Assembly: GCA_000934665.2 (NCBI GenBank)
Contig: JYFJ02002657.1
Span: forward strand, 1-53,270
DNA from: Catajapyx aquilonaris
Taxonomy: Eukaryota
Reading direction: 5' to 3'
DNA: 53,270 nucleotides
Part shown: one piece after another, positions 13,865 to 28,218 of the stretch
Numbering within the stretch: the first letter of the stretch is position 1
How the letters are laid out: each line of letters opens with the position of its first letter
The notes under the pieces: generated by a model
The model's input: the letters and a program-made list of their open reading frames with translations, nothing else
Database searches by the model: none
What the model was told of the DNA's origin: nothing
Position numbers and translations under genes: made by a program

Positions 13865-14018
13865 GTCAAGTCCTTTTCAACATTACTGATAACATTTTTA
13901 TGCACGTTTGTCCAATTTGTGCGAATTCAGTTAAATGCCCATGTTCTCATCATTGTTTCAGTAGGAAAAAGAGGATTAGAGCAGTTGCCAGTAATATTCT
14001 GCTCCGTATTGAAGGCAT
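13865..14018 (-). pseudogene. Decayed THAP-domain-like relic
   Basis: MPS..., then in one frame GNCSNPLFPTETMMRTWAFN*IRTNWTNVHKNVIS, matching the THAP spacing CSN...FP.....R.W....R.NW.P....VICS. Confidence 0.45.
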
Positions 14019-17000
14019 AGTATACAGCATAGCCACTTCAAACAATTGCCACAAAAGCAAGAATAATAAGAATAATAAGGATAATAAATAAATAGATGAA
14101 ACTAAGATATAACGACTGACACATTATTGAAAAAAATGTGTACAGTGTGCTCCGATTGAGGTGTCCATTTCGATTATCGTTTTAGAATATACTGTATTAG
14201 AAAATTAATTAAATTGCAGAGACGCATTAATTTTAATGCCTGCCAAAAATAGACTTTAATATTGAAGTTTGATGTCAGTTGTTCCAACTGGAAATTCATT
14301 TCAATTCACAGCATGTCTGGATTATTAATTTTGGTCCAATATTAGCAAGAAATAATAATTATACTTTTGATAATAATTATATTTGTCAGAGAGAATTGTT
14401 TCAAGTAACTTCAGAAAAACTTTATGGGCTCATTTAAACGGACATATAAATAGGAGTGCGCTGTATTTTTGACACTGCTATCGTTTAAACTATGGTACCA
14501 TAAAATTAAGTTACACCCAAAAGCTGTAACGACACCCCATAAAGTTGGGGATATGGTGGTACAAGTACTGTACGTATATTGTACACGTGTCCATTTTATA
14601 TTTTGAAATTGCATTTTTGAATCACATGACAATTCTATAGATGTGACTAAATATTGAGCAATGAATAGAAACGAGAGTAAATTATTCCTTACACCTGGAA
14701 GTGGCAATATGAATGAGTAATTACCTTTTCCCCCTCACCTCATCAATTTCTACCGTGAGTATAAGAGTAGGCGTATTTGAAAGCGGAAGATTTGATCCCA
14801 TTCCCATGAGCACTGATTCGCGTTCTGACGCCCCTCCCACGGAGGAAACGGAAGTGAATGAATTAATCAAGTAGGGAAGTCAACTGGAGTCCAGCCTCGT
14901 CCAAACACAGTACTTTCGTCTTCATTAGTCCTCTTGGATGCATATCCGCAACAGGAACCTGCCTGCACGCGAAGGGGAAGGGCAACGCACTTGTAGGCTT
15001 CAGCTCTTGATGTCTTCATTCCTTGATCAAAATGTCGGATAAGAAAATGATGGGATTGCGTGGATCTCGCCTATGCAAATGAAGGGATCTGGAGAGGAGG
15101 GAATCAGGCGGTGCTCCCAGGACAAAATGTGATCTTTAAGGGAAAGGTTGGCCAGGGGTAACGGAATTCCCCTCTGCGCTTATCAAAATGTCTCCAGCGA
15201 CGATTGCATGCCTCGAGTTCGATCATTTCCCACTAGTTACTTATTAAAGCTACGACCCTTCGGCTTACATCTGCTCGTTCCAGTCCTTCAGAAATTAAAA
15301 ATTAATCAATGCGACAACTGATTCCCACGAGATAGGCCTAAGTCTCCTCTTTAAGAAAGTATTACAGTTGATGCTATTAAAAGCGTACAATCTTTTTCCC
15401 ACATTAGTTTTACTTGGGATGGTTTAGAATAGTATGCAGCAACCTTTCATGGTCCACCCTTATTAGGCATACTCTAGGAGTCTATTCAACTAAAGATGCG
15501 ATTTCTTATTAATCATGCGCATTTTCTTACTGCGACTAACAGTAAGAATACCAAATACCCATATTAATAATTGCCACTCGTATATACAGTCCCGTATAGT
15601 CTCGCTGCATTTCTCGAGAAAATAGGAACCTCTTTAACCTCTCCCTAAGCTGCTTTACAACCTCACCAAATAGAAATGCTTATATCTATAAGGATTTTTA
15701 ACAATGTAATAATGAATAAATAATAACTTACATTTGAAAGTTAATATATTAAAGCAATGGATACATTATTTTACAGTGAGTAAGGATACTCTTATAGCAA
15801 CAGTTAAGAAGCACAGAAGAAAAATGCGCTGATGAACACATGCGCATGCGAGAATTATACCAGAGGTATAACAAAAATGGAGCAGTGTAACATGCAATAA
15901 TTAGGATGGACAGCAGGAGAGCCTCAGAAAGTGTAATACTCAATGCGGAACATTTAATCGGAGTAGGAACTAGTCACGATTCTTCGAATTCTATATTACA
16001 ATCATAGAGTACAAATACGGTAAAAAGATATTGCTACCGTCTATAGCGGCTCTTGCTTGAGTGAGATATCACGTTGGGCCATAAACTCTCCCATCCCCTG
16101 CCCCACCCTCCTTCCTCTCTACGAGCACGACGTCTTTATGGATTGCCACTGGTTGATTACACCTCACACAAACACGTGACTGTTGTAGGTGACAGGATTA
16201 TTGCATTATTTTTCTTCTAGGAGATCTGAATAGCACGCTTGGACCACGATGTCCATCTTGTTCTACATAACTTATTTCCTAAGAGCATGGACGGAACACC
16301 GAGGAGCACGAGGCATTTGAAATATCTGACTGAGTACCATTTACGGCACAAGTGACCACTTTCTCGCCGCATTGACTCCTGCAGTTTAACTGTCTAAAAT
16401 GTTATGAAAGAAAACTTTTGGTTAGTGCTGCGTGACTGAAATTCATCCGCCTTAACAAATACCATGAGGTCAGTCCAATTGCATATCACCCAAGCTTTTA
16501 CAATGTTTAGTGCAAAAATAAAGGAAACAACAGTGGGCTACGTCAAAAGAAAATAGTATCAAATTATTTATTTTCTACATTTTACGATATATGAGTTACT
16601 CTAGTGAGGCTGCCGTTCCAAGATAACCAATCATAAACGTCAGGCTACAAAAAGACAATGTAATAATGCATGAAACTTCAATATTGCAGAGCTTTGTGTA
16701 CATATAGTACGGTTAAAGGCAGTGTTTATTTTTCTTGTTACAGTCATCTAAGTAGAGTAAATTTTTCTCTTCCCTTCAGATCCGAACTGGCTTGCTACCA
16801 ATTTTCGGAGGAAAGTGGAGAGAAGGGGGAAGGGGGGGGGGGGGNGAAGGGGGGGGGGAGAAAGGGATGAAAAAGTACGCCTAGACTAACCGTGTTCATT
16901 CATGTTATATGAGAATTCGGTCCCTCTCGGGACTTGCTGCGCAATTATTCGGGATAAAGAAAACGTGCATTTTTTAAGCGCACAAGGATCTTAAAGGAGC

Positions 17001-17736
17001 TTGGCTCTTCCTTTGAACAACATCCCTTACCAGCCTCCCGACCACCCCCCGTCTTTCTCTCGACTCTCGTGCCTCTTCACGAGGATCCGAAGGCAGTGTT
17101 TTCTATCAGTGAAAAGCTTCAAATTCCCATCATTCAACATTTAGATTCTACTCCCAACTGCTCTAATTTAATTAACGTTTTTTTGGAGTCTGTTAATGAA
17201 ATTCATTAAAAATTCAATTTCCAGGATCAACACTCGCCTCCCCGACCCTTCCGTGAGACCTACACCACTTTGGTACCAGGAAATATTTAGAAGCCAGGGT
17301 CTCACTCCTTTATAGACCACACAAGTGCTTCTGGCCAACTCCACAGCTCACATTTTTCCTATTATTTTTTCAGAATATTTTTTGGCCTTCTGCTCTTCCC
17401 CTTACCCCTCAGGAAATTTTCAAAACCGATTCGGCCACGCATACTTAATGGCACCGTGGAGAAATCAAAACCAGCTTGAATTTTCAGGACAATATCATAG
17501 GCGAAAAGTTCACCCACCCCCCCTCCCTTTCCCTCCCAACACCCCTTCTCGGTTGGAACAAAATGCTATATGAGACCAATGTTTGGCCGAGCGACAACAA
17601 ACTACTCCCAGTTTGCATTGCTTATTTCATATGGACAATTTTCCTTAAAATTATGTGCGGGAGCGGTAGGGGAAAAAGTTGCACATTCCCAATGAGTAAA
17701 TTTTTAATCACAGGAGGCGGGTCAATAATTGCTACG

Positions 17737-17814
17737 CAGCCTGCTCTGCACGCGTTTAACCAAGTCGATTTACATGTACGTAAATCGACTTACTCGACCG
17801 CTCTACGCAGGCTA
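17737..17814. mobile_element. Small (~80 bp) hairpin/MITE-like element
   Basis: Perfect 12-bp stem AAGTCGATTTAC / GTAAATCGACTT with a 6-nt loop (17762-17791), nested inside outer inverted ends AGCCTGC / GCAGGCT. Confidence 0.55.
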
Positions 17815-18056
17815 CTTTTATAGTTCCAAGGCGCATTTACTATAGTATCATTATATTTATTTTCCAATCAGTTTAGTGTAAATGTCTACAGGGAAATAAC
17901 CTATTCATCTATCACTCAATAGCAGCTCTTCAATTATTCCCAGGCGGAGAGCATTGAGTACAGGTTACATATACACCGAAGCAATATTTGTTGAAGAAAA
18001 AAGGCCGGGAGAAGGGGGATGTTAAATAGGACATAGTCTGCACTCTACAGCATGCT

Positions 18057-18350
18057 GTAGGAATGGGTTCTTTTAAGATCCTTCCATGAAAGACTTTTTT
18101 TTGCAACTCCCAGAGCACATTTTGTGATAAAAATGTTTATCCGTTTATCCTCAGATTTATGCAACTTGTATCGGCCTGTACACATCGTAACGGCAAGATC
18201 CAATACACATTTACGCTCAAAATCTCATGACACTCCAATGAATCGGAAAACACTAAAAGAGGATGCAGATTAAGGTTATGACCTGATGATTCGATCAATG
18301 CAGTAGCAGAAGATATGGACTGCGAAGTAAACTTGACGGATGGCGCAGAT
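18057..18350 (-). pseudogene. Decayed THAP-domain-like relic (P/Kolobok/ISL2EU-type transposase N-terminus)
   Basis: Ordered motifs across frameshifts: ICAI..., SVFRF...DFERKC, WILPLRCVQADTSCINLRI, DKHF, LWELQKKVFHGRILKEPIPT, compared with THAP SxFRFPxD.ERxxW...NxRICxKHF...RxLKxxAVPT. Confidence 0.5.
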
Positions 18351-19675
18351 GGCTGTTGTATCTATTTCATATAATGCGTAACGCCCTTCAGCATGCTGTC
18401 TAGACGTACTCAGTAACTCAGTAAAAATTAGCATAGTGTGCAGTTCTCTTTACATTAATACCTGGAAGTTAATTTCGCAGGTGAATATCAGATGTCAATA
18501 TAAACCATGATGAGAAAATAGTTCATCTAACTTGGCCCCACGGCACTGTGCCTATAACAAGCTCAAGGCAATCAGAAAATCACATCATCATGTAGATTGT
18601 ATATAGATTGCTGTATATCATGTCCCAAGCGCATTTTCCCAACAAGATGACGTAATTTTCTTTGATTATATCTGATTTAAAAGTTGAGCACGGCGACTCT
18701 TACCTACTACATGTAGCATTTGCACTTTTCATTTAGCCTAAAAATGGGCTATATCGTGATTTAAAACGGGGTAACCCTGCTGAGTGAGCGGAAATAAGTT
18801 CCTCGGCAAAACATTTCTTGAGATGTTTTTTTCAGTGTTCGATAAGGGAGAAGCATGCAAGTCACACTGTCTTAACCAGCATTATTATTGCAGATAATAT
18901 GCGAAAAATGTGCTCTAAGTGAAAGTTTACAACACTCCAGGCGTGTTGTGTTACAGCCTTCAGGAATGGAGAAAGTGAATATAACGAATATTTTTACTTA
19001 GATCGTAATTATTGCTCCTTACCTCACGGCACTGCCAGTTAAAAGTATGAGAATTTGCAGTTTTTAGAGCAACCTTTGCCTATAAAATATAGTTTCTACC
19101 TTGATCAAATATAAAATATTGTAACGTCTCAGCTCGCTTTTCGACTTCTTGGGTTTTAAGTCGATATGACAAATTTGAACTTCAGGTAAAATCGGTGGCT
19201 CAAATTTTTCAGGCTGATTTTCAGCCCTCTCCGTTGCGTTGTGAGAGTCGCATAGCCACTTTAAGTTCATAAACAATAACAAAATAGTAACGCATTAAAA
19301 TCAGTAATAGTACATAGAAATATAATGTGCTACAGTACTGTACACTTTATGTGAAAGGTGTGCAGGTGTGAGTTAGAGCACTGATTTGATCGATTGCTAT
19401 AATGTATATCAAAGACAAAATTGCGACCAGGGTTTTAAACATTTTTGATGTATGAGATTACTACTTACGATATACAGAGAGGAGGTAATAGCACGCATGA
19501 ATTCATTATGTTATGCTATATTATACCAAACACGATATATCCTGCGAGTCTGGTGACCGTTGGAGCATAGGTGGTTGTGGGGTGGTAAACTCGCAGGATG
19601 ACCTCTATGATTGAAATGAAACCCTGCAGTGCTATGAGCCTATGACCAATGTCACATTTGTCTGATTTCAATTAA

Positions 19676-19713
19676 TTCATTCATTCATTCATTCATTCAT
19701 TCATTCATTCATT
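19676..19713. repeat. (TTCA)n microsatellite
   Basis: Direct reading. Confidence 0.98.
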
Positions 19714-21409
19714 ACACTCACGGCATATTTCCAAGATGGGAATTTCAAGATGTTCCCTATAAGGGACTAGACACTAGAGGCTTACTGGGTGTCAAGAACA
19801 TAACAAAAATATCACACTTGTGTTGGGCCAACGATCATGCTCACGGCTGTAAGTATCACTATAAGTAAGAACCACTAGCCTACAGTATAATGGCATTTTA
19901 ACGGCACACGAACCAGAGTTTGGAATAATTAGGTAGATTAATAATACAGTGTATACTGAAATATTGTACGCTTCCTAACAATGTATTATTACTGTTAAAT
20001 AAGCACGGTTTTGCACATTGCCATATACCATATATAGTTCAAGAGATTGAGTCAATTTTCGCACAATCTTGGACGCAGATTGTGCTTATATTCAATAATA
20101 GTCACGGATATTACCTTTCTGTAAATACTCTAGTTTCAAGTAATATATGTTACACTTACTGACCATTTATTACCAGCATCGGTGCGGGGTTGATTGGAAG
20201 AGGAGAGAGAGTTTATTGAATAATTTGTGTACACTCTGTGAGCAAATAAAATCAATTCATTCATTCATGACTGCATGTGGTTTTAATTAGATTCAGCGCT
20301 GCACAAACAGATCGAAGTACTTTTGGTGCAGTTATTGTGCGCGTGTTTGGATCGAACGAGAATGTCCCCTTGCATAAAGCAAGAGCGCAGTCTGCATGCA
20401 CAAATGAAACAGGCTATACCTCGTGCAATGAAAAATTCCCGTTTCCTTCAATCACTCTAATGAAATATTGCACACTATACTGTTGCAACTCTCTTCTGCC
20501 TCTAAGGCTAGTAAAACTTCCATCAGAGCCGCTCGAGTGAACTTTTTCCTTTTATACACCTCAGTATTTTTCGCTGTGTTTTCTTTTTCATCCACTTGGC
20601 TACCTGAATGTACGTATTATAATATCAAAGGAAGTGACTCCCTAGAACTTTTTTTTATACTTCTTATCGATCATGGTTCGGTAGCCCACAGCAGGTTAAA
20701 ATGGTCAATAGGAGCTTTTTTGAAGAATGGAAATCCAGAATATAATGAATATAGGATAGCGGCAATGATCCCGGCCACCGCCCATTTTGTTTGGACTATT
20801 TTTGGACTATGAGCAACAGGATCCATATAGACCCCATCTAGGCCGCGGTTTTGCCTGTCATTAGTGTCAAGAAACAGAAATGATCTATCACGAGTTGCAT
20901 GATGTGACCAATCAAAATTTGTGCCATCCAGGCAGCATTTGCGTTTGTTGATCATTTACATTTTGGCAGCCAACTTGTGCACGCCATGAAAGCATACAAT
21001 GTAGAGTGAAATTGACTAATATGATCTGCAAATAGAAGTTATATGGCTGAATGAGGACATGTTGACAATTTCCACACGGGATCACATCCATTTACCACAC
21101 TAAAGGGTACAACGTACTATACGTGCAGTCAACATAATAATAATAATAATACAATTTGAAACGCGTACACAACATCCAGCACAATTGTAACAAGGATAAT
21201 TAACTTAATATGCCTAGCTATAATGATTAAATTTTACCGACTGCAAAACATCCGCAACCGTAAGCATAGAGTCTGTGGTTCTCATTAGTCGCCTAATGGA
21301 AACAAGGAATTACACATAGCTTATCTGCATTTGATGAATGTCATACTAAAAGATGCAATCTAATCCCTGAAGGGGCGCCATCAGGCGACCATTTTGGATA
21401 TATGATGTA

Positions 21410-21490
21410 CAGCCCCTGCACAATTTCGCTGACTTGACAGTGCCACTAAAACACGATGCCAATTGGTCCACAAAAATTATTGCAGGGCTG
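21410..21490. mobile_element. Tiny Tc1/mariner-like MITE remnant
   Basis: TA|CAGCCCCTGCACAATTT ... AAATTATTGCAGGGCTG form imperfect TIRs; the right TA target is not preserved. Confidence 0.45.
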
Positions 21491-23752
21491 GAAAAAAGAG
21501 CTTTTCAATGGGAGCACATTTCATTCAATAAACTACTGGTTTAAAATAATACACTAACGCTTACGGTAGCAGTTGACGCATTCGGAGGGTCGCAGGCGAT
21601 TTGATTGATTCCAACATATTGGGAACATTTTATTCAGTCCATTCAATGACGATGATGATGATGCATGGTAATTAATTTTATTACGAGACTGTTTTGCCTC
21701 AGGTATTAGTATTGCCTGTGCGATCTGTCACTTGCAGGTTCCTATCTGGGGACTGTTTACGAAGGCGATAGAATACTGTGCTCCACAGCTTTGTCCTTTC
21801 TTTTCCTTTTCGTAGACACAAAATGGCATCTGAGGGCACATGAGGGACTCTTTATAGCATGGGCCCTTTTTGGTAGGGTATAGGGGGTTCTGGTGGCAGA
21901 AAACGAGAGCATGAAGGAACGAGAGGATGTCTTCTCTTCCGCGGGTATTGGCCTCAAATGCACGCCAAAAGGCTCTGGCCACGTCACAAAAAGGAAGATT
22001 TGTGGCTGCCGTGTCCTGGAAATTGGCCAGACCTTTCTTCCCTATACCCACCACCTTCTCGCAGAAGAAGAAGAAGAAGAAAAAGAGAAGCAAAAGTTCT
22101 GCGGGATGATTCTTCCCAGCTTTTATGGCAAAAGTGGGGGATGGGTGAGTGAGAGGGGTCTCAATATTCATTGCATTGTTCTAGCTGACTGGAGCTAGAG
22201 GGGAAGTGCATCAGCTGGTCCAATTCATGGATCAGGTCGAGGGGAAGAATTTGGATGATTTTTCTTTTCTCTCCGTCTCTCCATCTACTTCGTTACTCGG
22301 CTTCCAGATTCTTCTTCTCGCATCCAAGAGTTATTCACTTGCTGCTCCATTGTTCTGGCCATACACACCATACATTAAACTGTATTCCATTGTTCATATT
22401 TCGCGGTTTTCTTCTCGCTATAGTTCATAATCAAAGTGTCACTTTATAGACCTCTAATGTTCCCTTCTCCGACGGTCGTTCCAGACAGAGAGACGACTTG
22501 GGAGCCAACGTTCTTCATTGGTCATTTCCCTCTCGGGGGCCCTTCAAAGCTGGGCCACTTCCAAATTCCAGCCTGAATCGCGATCCGGCCTTCAAGTTTA
22601 ATTTACCACATAGCTGAGTTTCCTACACAACTTTGCTAAAGAAGCCCGGATTCTCCTGGAATACTCTACGTGCTGGACTGTGATTCATTGTAGTGTTCGT
22701 AATGAGACTAATGACGCACCGATGTCACACTTTTTTTTTAAATACACAAATACCTCATATAGGCAGAGATGTATTACTTCCCAGAACATCACCAGGCCTA
22801 ACTAACGGTTATGAGAGTACAACAGAAAGTTTAAATAATTGATTGCGAGCAGTAAATTCATATAGGCGACGGAGCCAGAGTGAAATGTTGTTTTGCTCCG
22901 GAATTTGTTGCAGGACAATGCCCACGCATTTGTCAACCTTCACTTCGGTCTTCTAAGTGAAGATAAGTATAGAACTTGTTTTTGTAGGGACCTTTCCATC
23001 TCAGTTTTTTATCCTCCGTCCTGTAGCTATTGTCATTAGGTGAAATCTTTTGTAGGCATGTCAAATGATGCATATTCAAGCAAGCGTCTACACGGACAAT
23101 ATACTGGACGACTAGTCACTTTTCACCGTTTTCTAGTCTGCATAATTTGGGCACTTAACCAGCGTACGACATATAATTATTATACATCAAGTAGGTCGAC
23201 ACAATAATTTCAAGAGTATATGACTGCTTTCTGATCACATGAAAATAATGCAGAATGCAAGAGGCACGAAACAGCAGTCCGAAAGGCAATATTCGTAATT
23301 TTCCACTTACAGTGTTAACGAAACAAGAAGCGAAATATTGCGAGGCATAACTGCAGCGCATATTTGAGCTTGGTTTTACTTGTTTCCACGACCCAGCCGG
23401 ATCTGTCCAATGTGTAATGAACTGCCGATTTCGTCATCAGACCTGTCATTTCCTACGCTGATTTTAAGCACTGGATTTTTAATACCAATAGCAGCCGTGA
23501 CTGAAAGCTGTCCGAGCAGCCTATCCCCAGAGATGACAAGCCAGTCACGTACAGGAGTGCAGAAACGTAATCCAAGGGCATAATATACTGCACAACCGAG
23601 AAACCACGCGCAGTAGTTATCAGGCCATCCCCCTATACACTGCACGTACTAGCTGAGCTTCATATTACTGCGTTTACAGTACTTCATTTCCATTCCCTGT
23701 TCATTCCTGCTACTAGTCACTAATATCTGCCAGCACGGGTCCAGATCGTTTT

Positions 23753-23796
23753 TCCCTCCCTCGCTCCCTCCCTCCCTCGCTCCCTCCCTCCCTCCC
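23753..23796. repeat. (CCCT)n-like pyrimidine simple repeat
   Basis: Direct reading. Confidence 0.9.
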
Positions 23797-26700
23797 TGTG
23801 CGCCACGTGTAAAAAAGTTGGGAATCGATGGGGAAAAATTGTGCAGTGCCAATAAAGTTTCAACTCAATCGACACATGGCTACCGAACGACGATTGGAAT
23901 AAGGGCCAGGGATTTTTGGAAGGGATTACATGGTCCCCTTGCAACGATCCTCCCCACATCCGGGCTCTCGGAGTCAAAAAGAGAAAAAGTCCCCTTAGTG
24001 CCCCCATCGGTGACCGAAAACGACCCCGTTCTGAGGACTGGTCCCTCCGAATACCTTTCATCGGCAGCTCCACGGATGGAAATCGGCCGCCAAATTCCCG
24101 CAATGCACATATTCGCGCGTGAAACTGCGTTATAGCTTGCTCTTTCCATATTGCCCGGATTTTACCCTCCCGGTCGCTCCACTTAGGAACTCGGTGCCAA
24201 TTGTTTGGAGCGGATTATTATTCCTGCGTTTCACCTGGTGCGAAGCTGACCGCAAATTTAGTTTGCCTACTTCATGTAGATTTGGTTCGTTAACTTACTC
24301 TGCAGTTCTAGCATAAATGCAACCCGGCCCGCAGTCAATCATTATCATGCTTGCGATTTGCAGGTCACCAATTAAACTAGGGATTACTCCACGTTTATTG
24401 GATGGCTTTAGAGACACGTGTGTGCGTTGCTAGTACCAGGGGTTTCATTAATGCAGAATTGTTGCGGTTTTGCCCACATCATGAATTTCATTCGATCACC
24501 ATTGATTTTAGTACGTATAATTTACATTAATAGCGGTTTCAATATAATAATTTAATTTTGTGACATGCACGCTTATAAAGCAGACCATAGTAATGATTGC
24601 GAGCGCATTGGAACTTACTTTCTACGAGGTATGTGGTATTTCACCCAGGTCACCGTTTTAGAAAATTCGCAATTTTCTATTTGGCTAATTATTCGGATTT
24701 TTCCAAAAGGTACACACAACACTACAGTTTGATGTAAGTTATATGCTGTAGGAGTAAATAAACGTCAGGAGAACCATGCTGAAAACTGCACAAGCTCTGA
24801 GTTCACCTGCGTGTTGCTCACATCACATGGGTTGTCAAGAGGAATTTTCTTCCCTGAGGACTTGGCTTGAAGTGGGTCACAAAGCCTTGAAAGAATCTCA
24901 GTGGAGCTGGCGTTTCCTCGTTAACTCGCTAATTAAGCTCAGGTCACAATCTCCGAGTATGTTTTTCGCAAATGACGCTAAGGGATTTGAGGAGGATAGA
25001 ATGGACTTCAGGCCCTCCGAAAAAGGCATCTCTTCCCCCAAAACCATGATTCAATAGTGGATTTCCCTAATACCTCTGCCTTTATTTCTCCTTGGCATCA
25101 GGTAAAGCACTTTATTTGATTTAATCAGCATACAGCATTCAATGGACTGCACGCTGTAATAAGGAGAAAATTAGCGCCCTGAAATTCCCATTGTCCTCCT
25201 CATGTGAATTTTGTCGTCACTTAGCTTCTCTCTCAACAAGCAAGCCTAAGCAGTTGAACACACGTCACAACCTCTCAAGGCCTCTTTGTCCGATTCAATG
25301 CTTCACCCAAACTTTCCAAGGATCCAACTTCAAAGGTTGAAGGTGACCATGCTTCACGGTGCATTGGCTTCACTGCGCCTAAATATTTTGCTCAACTTCA
25401 GAATTTGGGATCTAATAAAGTCGAGCATTTGCTGACTTGATCTTGGGGGCTTTCCGCCTTTCGCTTGCGCTAAAGGATTATACTGTACATGCAGTGAAAC
25501 TATTACCTATGTGAACTGCTACCTTTGCCGAATGAAGCCTTCGAAATTAATTCATTCACCGAGTGAGAAACTTCACAGCAAACAGATTTCACAAGTTTGA
25601 TTGCACATAATTAACGAGGGATCAATCCTGATGAGAGTCAGACTGTCGGTCGGTAGCAAATACCGGTTCCCTCAAGGTAAAAATCAAATCCTGTCCGACT
25701 ACTGTACACCTAATTAGAGAACTCAACTTTATGCCATCAAATCAAGAGAAAAACTTTGCACTTGTAACCAGAACGCATTTTTTCGTTCACAACTTGCACA
25801 GACTGGCGATACACAGTAAACCACTACGTAGAACATTGGAGTCACAGAACATAATGATTTTGTGGTGAAATCGTGGACACCAGAAGATTACTTATCTGGA
25901 AGTGTCATAATATTGCTCTTTTCAGGCTCGTTACTTCAGTATAAAAATTAAATATATTGCATTATACTGTATATTGAATGTCACCTCCGTATGGTGGCCA
26001 GAAAGAAATCTAGTAGTTTTAAAAATAATTAGGAAACACCCTGTATACACTATTCAACGTACAATACATTTCAATCAACCCAAACAGTTGTTTTAGTAAA
26101 AACAATTATACGTCCTGTGATTTGTTAATCCTGTGTCACCTATGTATAGGCAGGTGACCAATAATTTAAACCTCTAAATTTAGAAGCCGATGCAAATTGA
26201 CTACAAAAAACCATGTCGCTGGGTGAAAGAAAGAAATGTTTAATCCATTAAAAAGAATTGTTAACATATACACTACATAATTATTAATTTAACATGTTAG
26301 CCACGATTTATGATAAAACATTTACCGGTACATGTCATTTTAACTTTTCATCATTATGAGCCCATTTTTTATTTCATCAAAGTTATATGTTTTATGTTTA
26401 TGAAGCATCTAGACTTGTTTAATCAGACAAAGAATTCAATCTTTCATCCACCACAATCAAAATAAGGATTCCTAAAGTCAGTCTGTGCACTTTTGGAAAG
26501 CAAGTTGAGAACTTTTTCATAGTTCGTCGTTTCCTTTGAGTGAAGAAGAGGAGAGAATACTACGGATGTTAAAAAAATAGAGAGCGGATGAGAGAAAGGG
26601 AAAGAAAGAGAGAGATGGGGGAGGGTAAGGCAAAGGAGGAGGTGAAGGAGCACTGCTGCTGCTAAGCCCTTCCGATCGAAGCCCAAGCTGACCTTCCTCG

Positions 26701-27307
26701 GGGCCTGCTCTATTAAACCCCCTTTGGCGCCTACTACAATAGCTTCTATTCCTCTTTTTTCTCCCCCTTTTTCCGGAGAAAAGCCAAGAAAATCGCCATA
26801 CAAGAGCGCTCATGCGGGATGATTCAGGCACAAATAGACTATTCCACTTCCTTCCCGCACTTTTTCCTAGTTCCCACCCACCTCACAATGTCCTAAAAGC
26901 CTCATACTGTCTCCTCCTAACCCATTTACGGCTTTCACCTCATTTTGTTTGCAGCTTTTGCGACTGTTGTTGAGTGTCATAGGAAGTGTCGGGAGGACTT
27001 TAGCTTGGTGGACTAGCACGCTTATGGTTTCAACCAGTGGACAAAGTGCTCCATATCGGAAAGTAGTTATCTGTTGGGACTATTTTCATGAGCATTGCGT
27101 GGAAATTTATGGCAGGCTGGCGCCGCAGCTTCTGGACGCCGCAAGTGGCCGCCATCTTGCTTTTATGGTGGAATTCTCAGTGCAACTCACAAGCGACATC
27201 TTGTCCGCATGTTGGACGCAATTTTCTTCCATATTGCCAAAGGAAACCAAACTCCTCACCATGGTGTCATGAAGTTTTTATCAAATATGTACTGTACTAT
27301 TCAGCAC

Positions 27308-27318
27308 TGATTATGATT

Positions 27319-27356
<38 letters not shown>
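27308..27356. repeat. (GAT)n microsatellite
   Basis: Direct reading; explains the poly-Met ORF. Confidence 0.98.
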
Positions 27357-28174
27357 AACGCGTAATTGTGAGCCAGGGTGGCAATAATGCTGCCCCTAGG
27401 AGGTCTAAACGCACATGATCAAGGCGTTTTGGGGTAACCAGAAAGAAATTAGATTTCTGCCTCACAGCATGTAACCATAGCGTAAATTAGTTAGTAGTCC
27501 ATTAGCACAGTAGTAAGCTAAGAGTCATCCTGAGGGACGTGAAGCATCAAAAGGTGGGGGTATAGGAGGAAAAGGAAGTCGTCCCACAGCACAAGCCCCT
27601 GGGAATGCATCTCAAGGAGAGAAAAGAAGCAGCCTGCAGCATTTTGATTTTTTCTCTCTTTTTTTGTACTCCGCCATTCCCTTTGGGAACAGATTACGAG
27701 GCTGCAATGACATCGTTTCTTCCTACCTTGCATTCCTGCTGACTTGGCAAAGCGTGAGCTAGTGGAACCAATACTATTACTCCGCTCTACCATGCTACAA
27801 AATGGCTGCTTCTGCGCCCTTTCTCTCCGAGACTTCAAATAGAATATCCAAGAGGCCAATTTCATAAAAGACTCTCTCATAGGCCTGCCATATTAGGGTT
27901 TGCTCCCTCTTCTCCTCCCCCCCCCCCTCCCCAGCCTGCAGGAACTTGCTCAGGGCCATTAAATCCTCGTTGCATTACTACCGTAGACTGTAGTGAAGCA
28001 ATTTCATGAATTGGACCGCGCACCGCTTTTCCTGCCAAGATTCTGTGCTTCAAAACTAGGTTAACACTACCAGGCTGCGCATCTGACATATAACCAGCCC
28101 GAATTAATTTTACATTCAATTTGAAGAGGCAAAATAAAGTTTGTGTTTTTCTTTCTGCCACCAGGAGCATGCAT

Positions 28175-28183
28175 GCAGCAGCA

Positions 28184-28217
<34 letters not shown>
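28175..28217. repeat. (GCA)n imperfect trinucleotide repeat
   Basis: Direct reading. Confidence 0.92.

Positions 28218-28218
<1 letters not shown>

Noticed and set aside
19826..19860. 5S rRNA-like start (GCCAACGATCATGCTCACGGCTG)
   Set aside because: Similarity is gapped and stops after ~25 nt; no internal A/C boxes follow.
23420..23450. Hammerhead ribozyme core on - (CTGATGACGAAA)
   Set aside because: Only one base separates CTGATGA and GAAA, so stem II cannot form, and I found no stems I/III. Other CTGATGA sites (e.g. ~25628) lack a matching GAAA.
25960..26046. Tc1/mariner-type end (CACCCTGTA) with a WPPY/GGDIQ-like translation
   Set aside because: No partner TIR found and the peptide match is too short.
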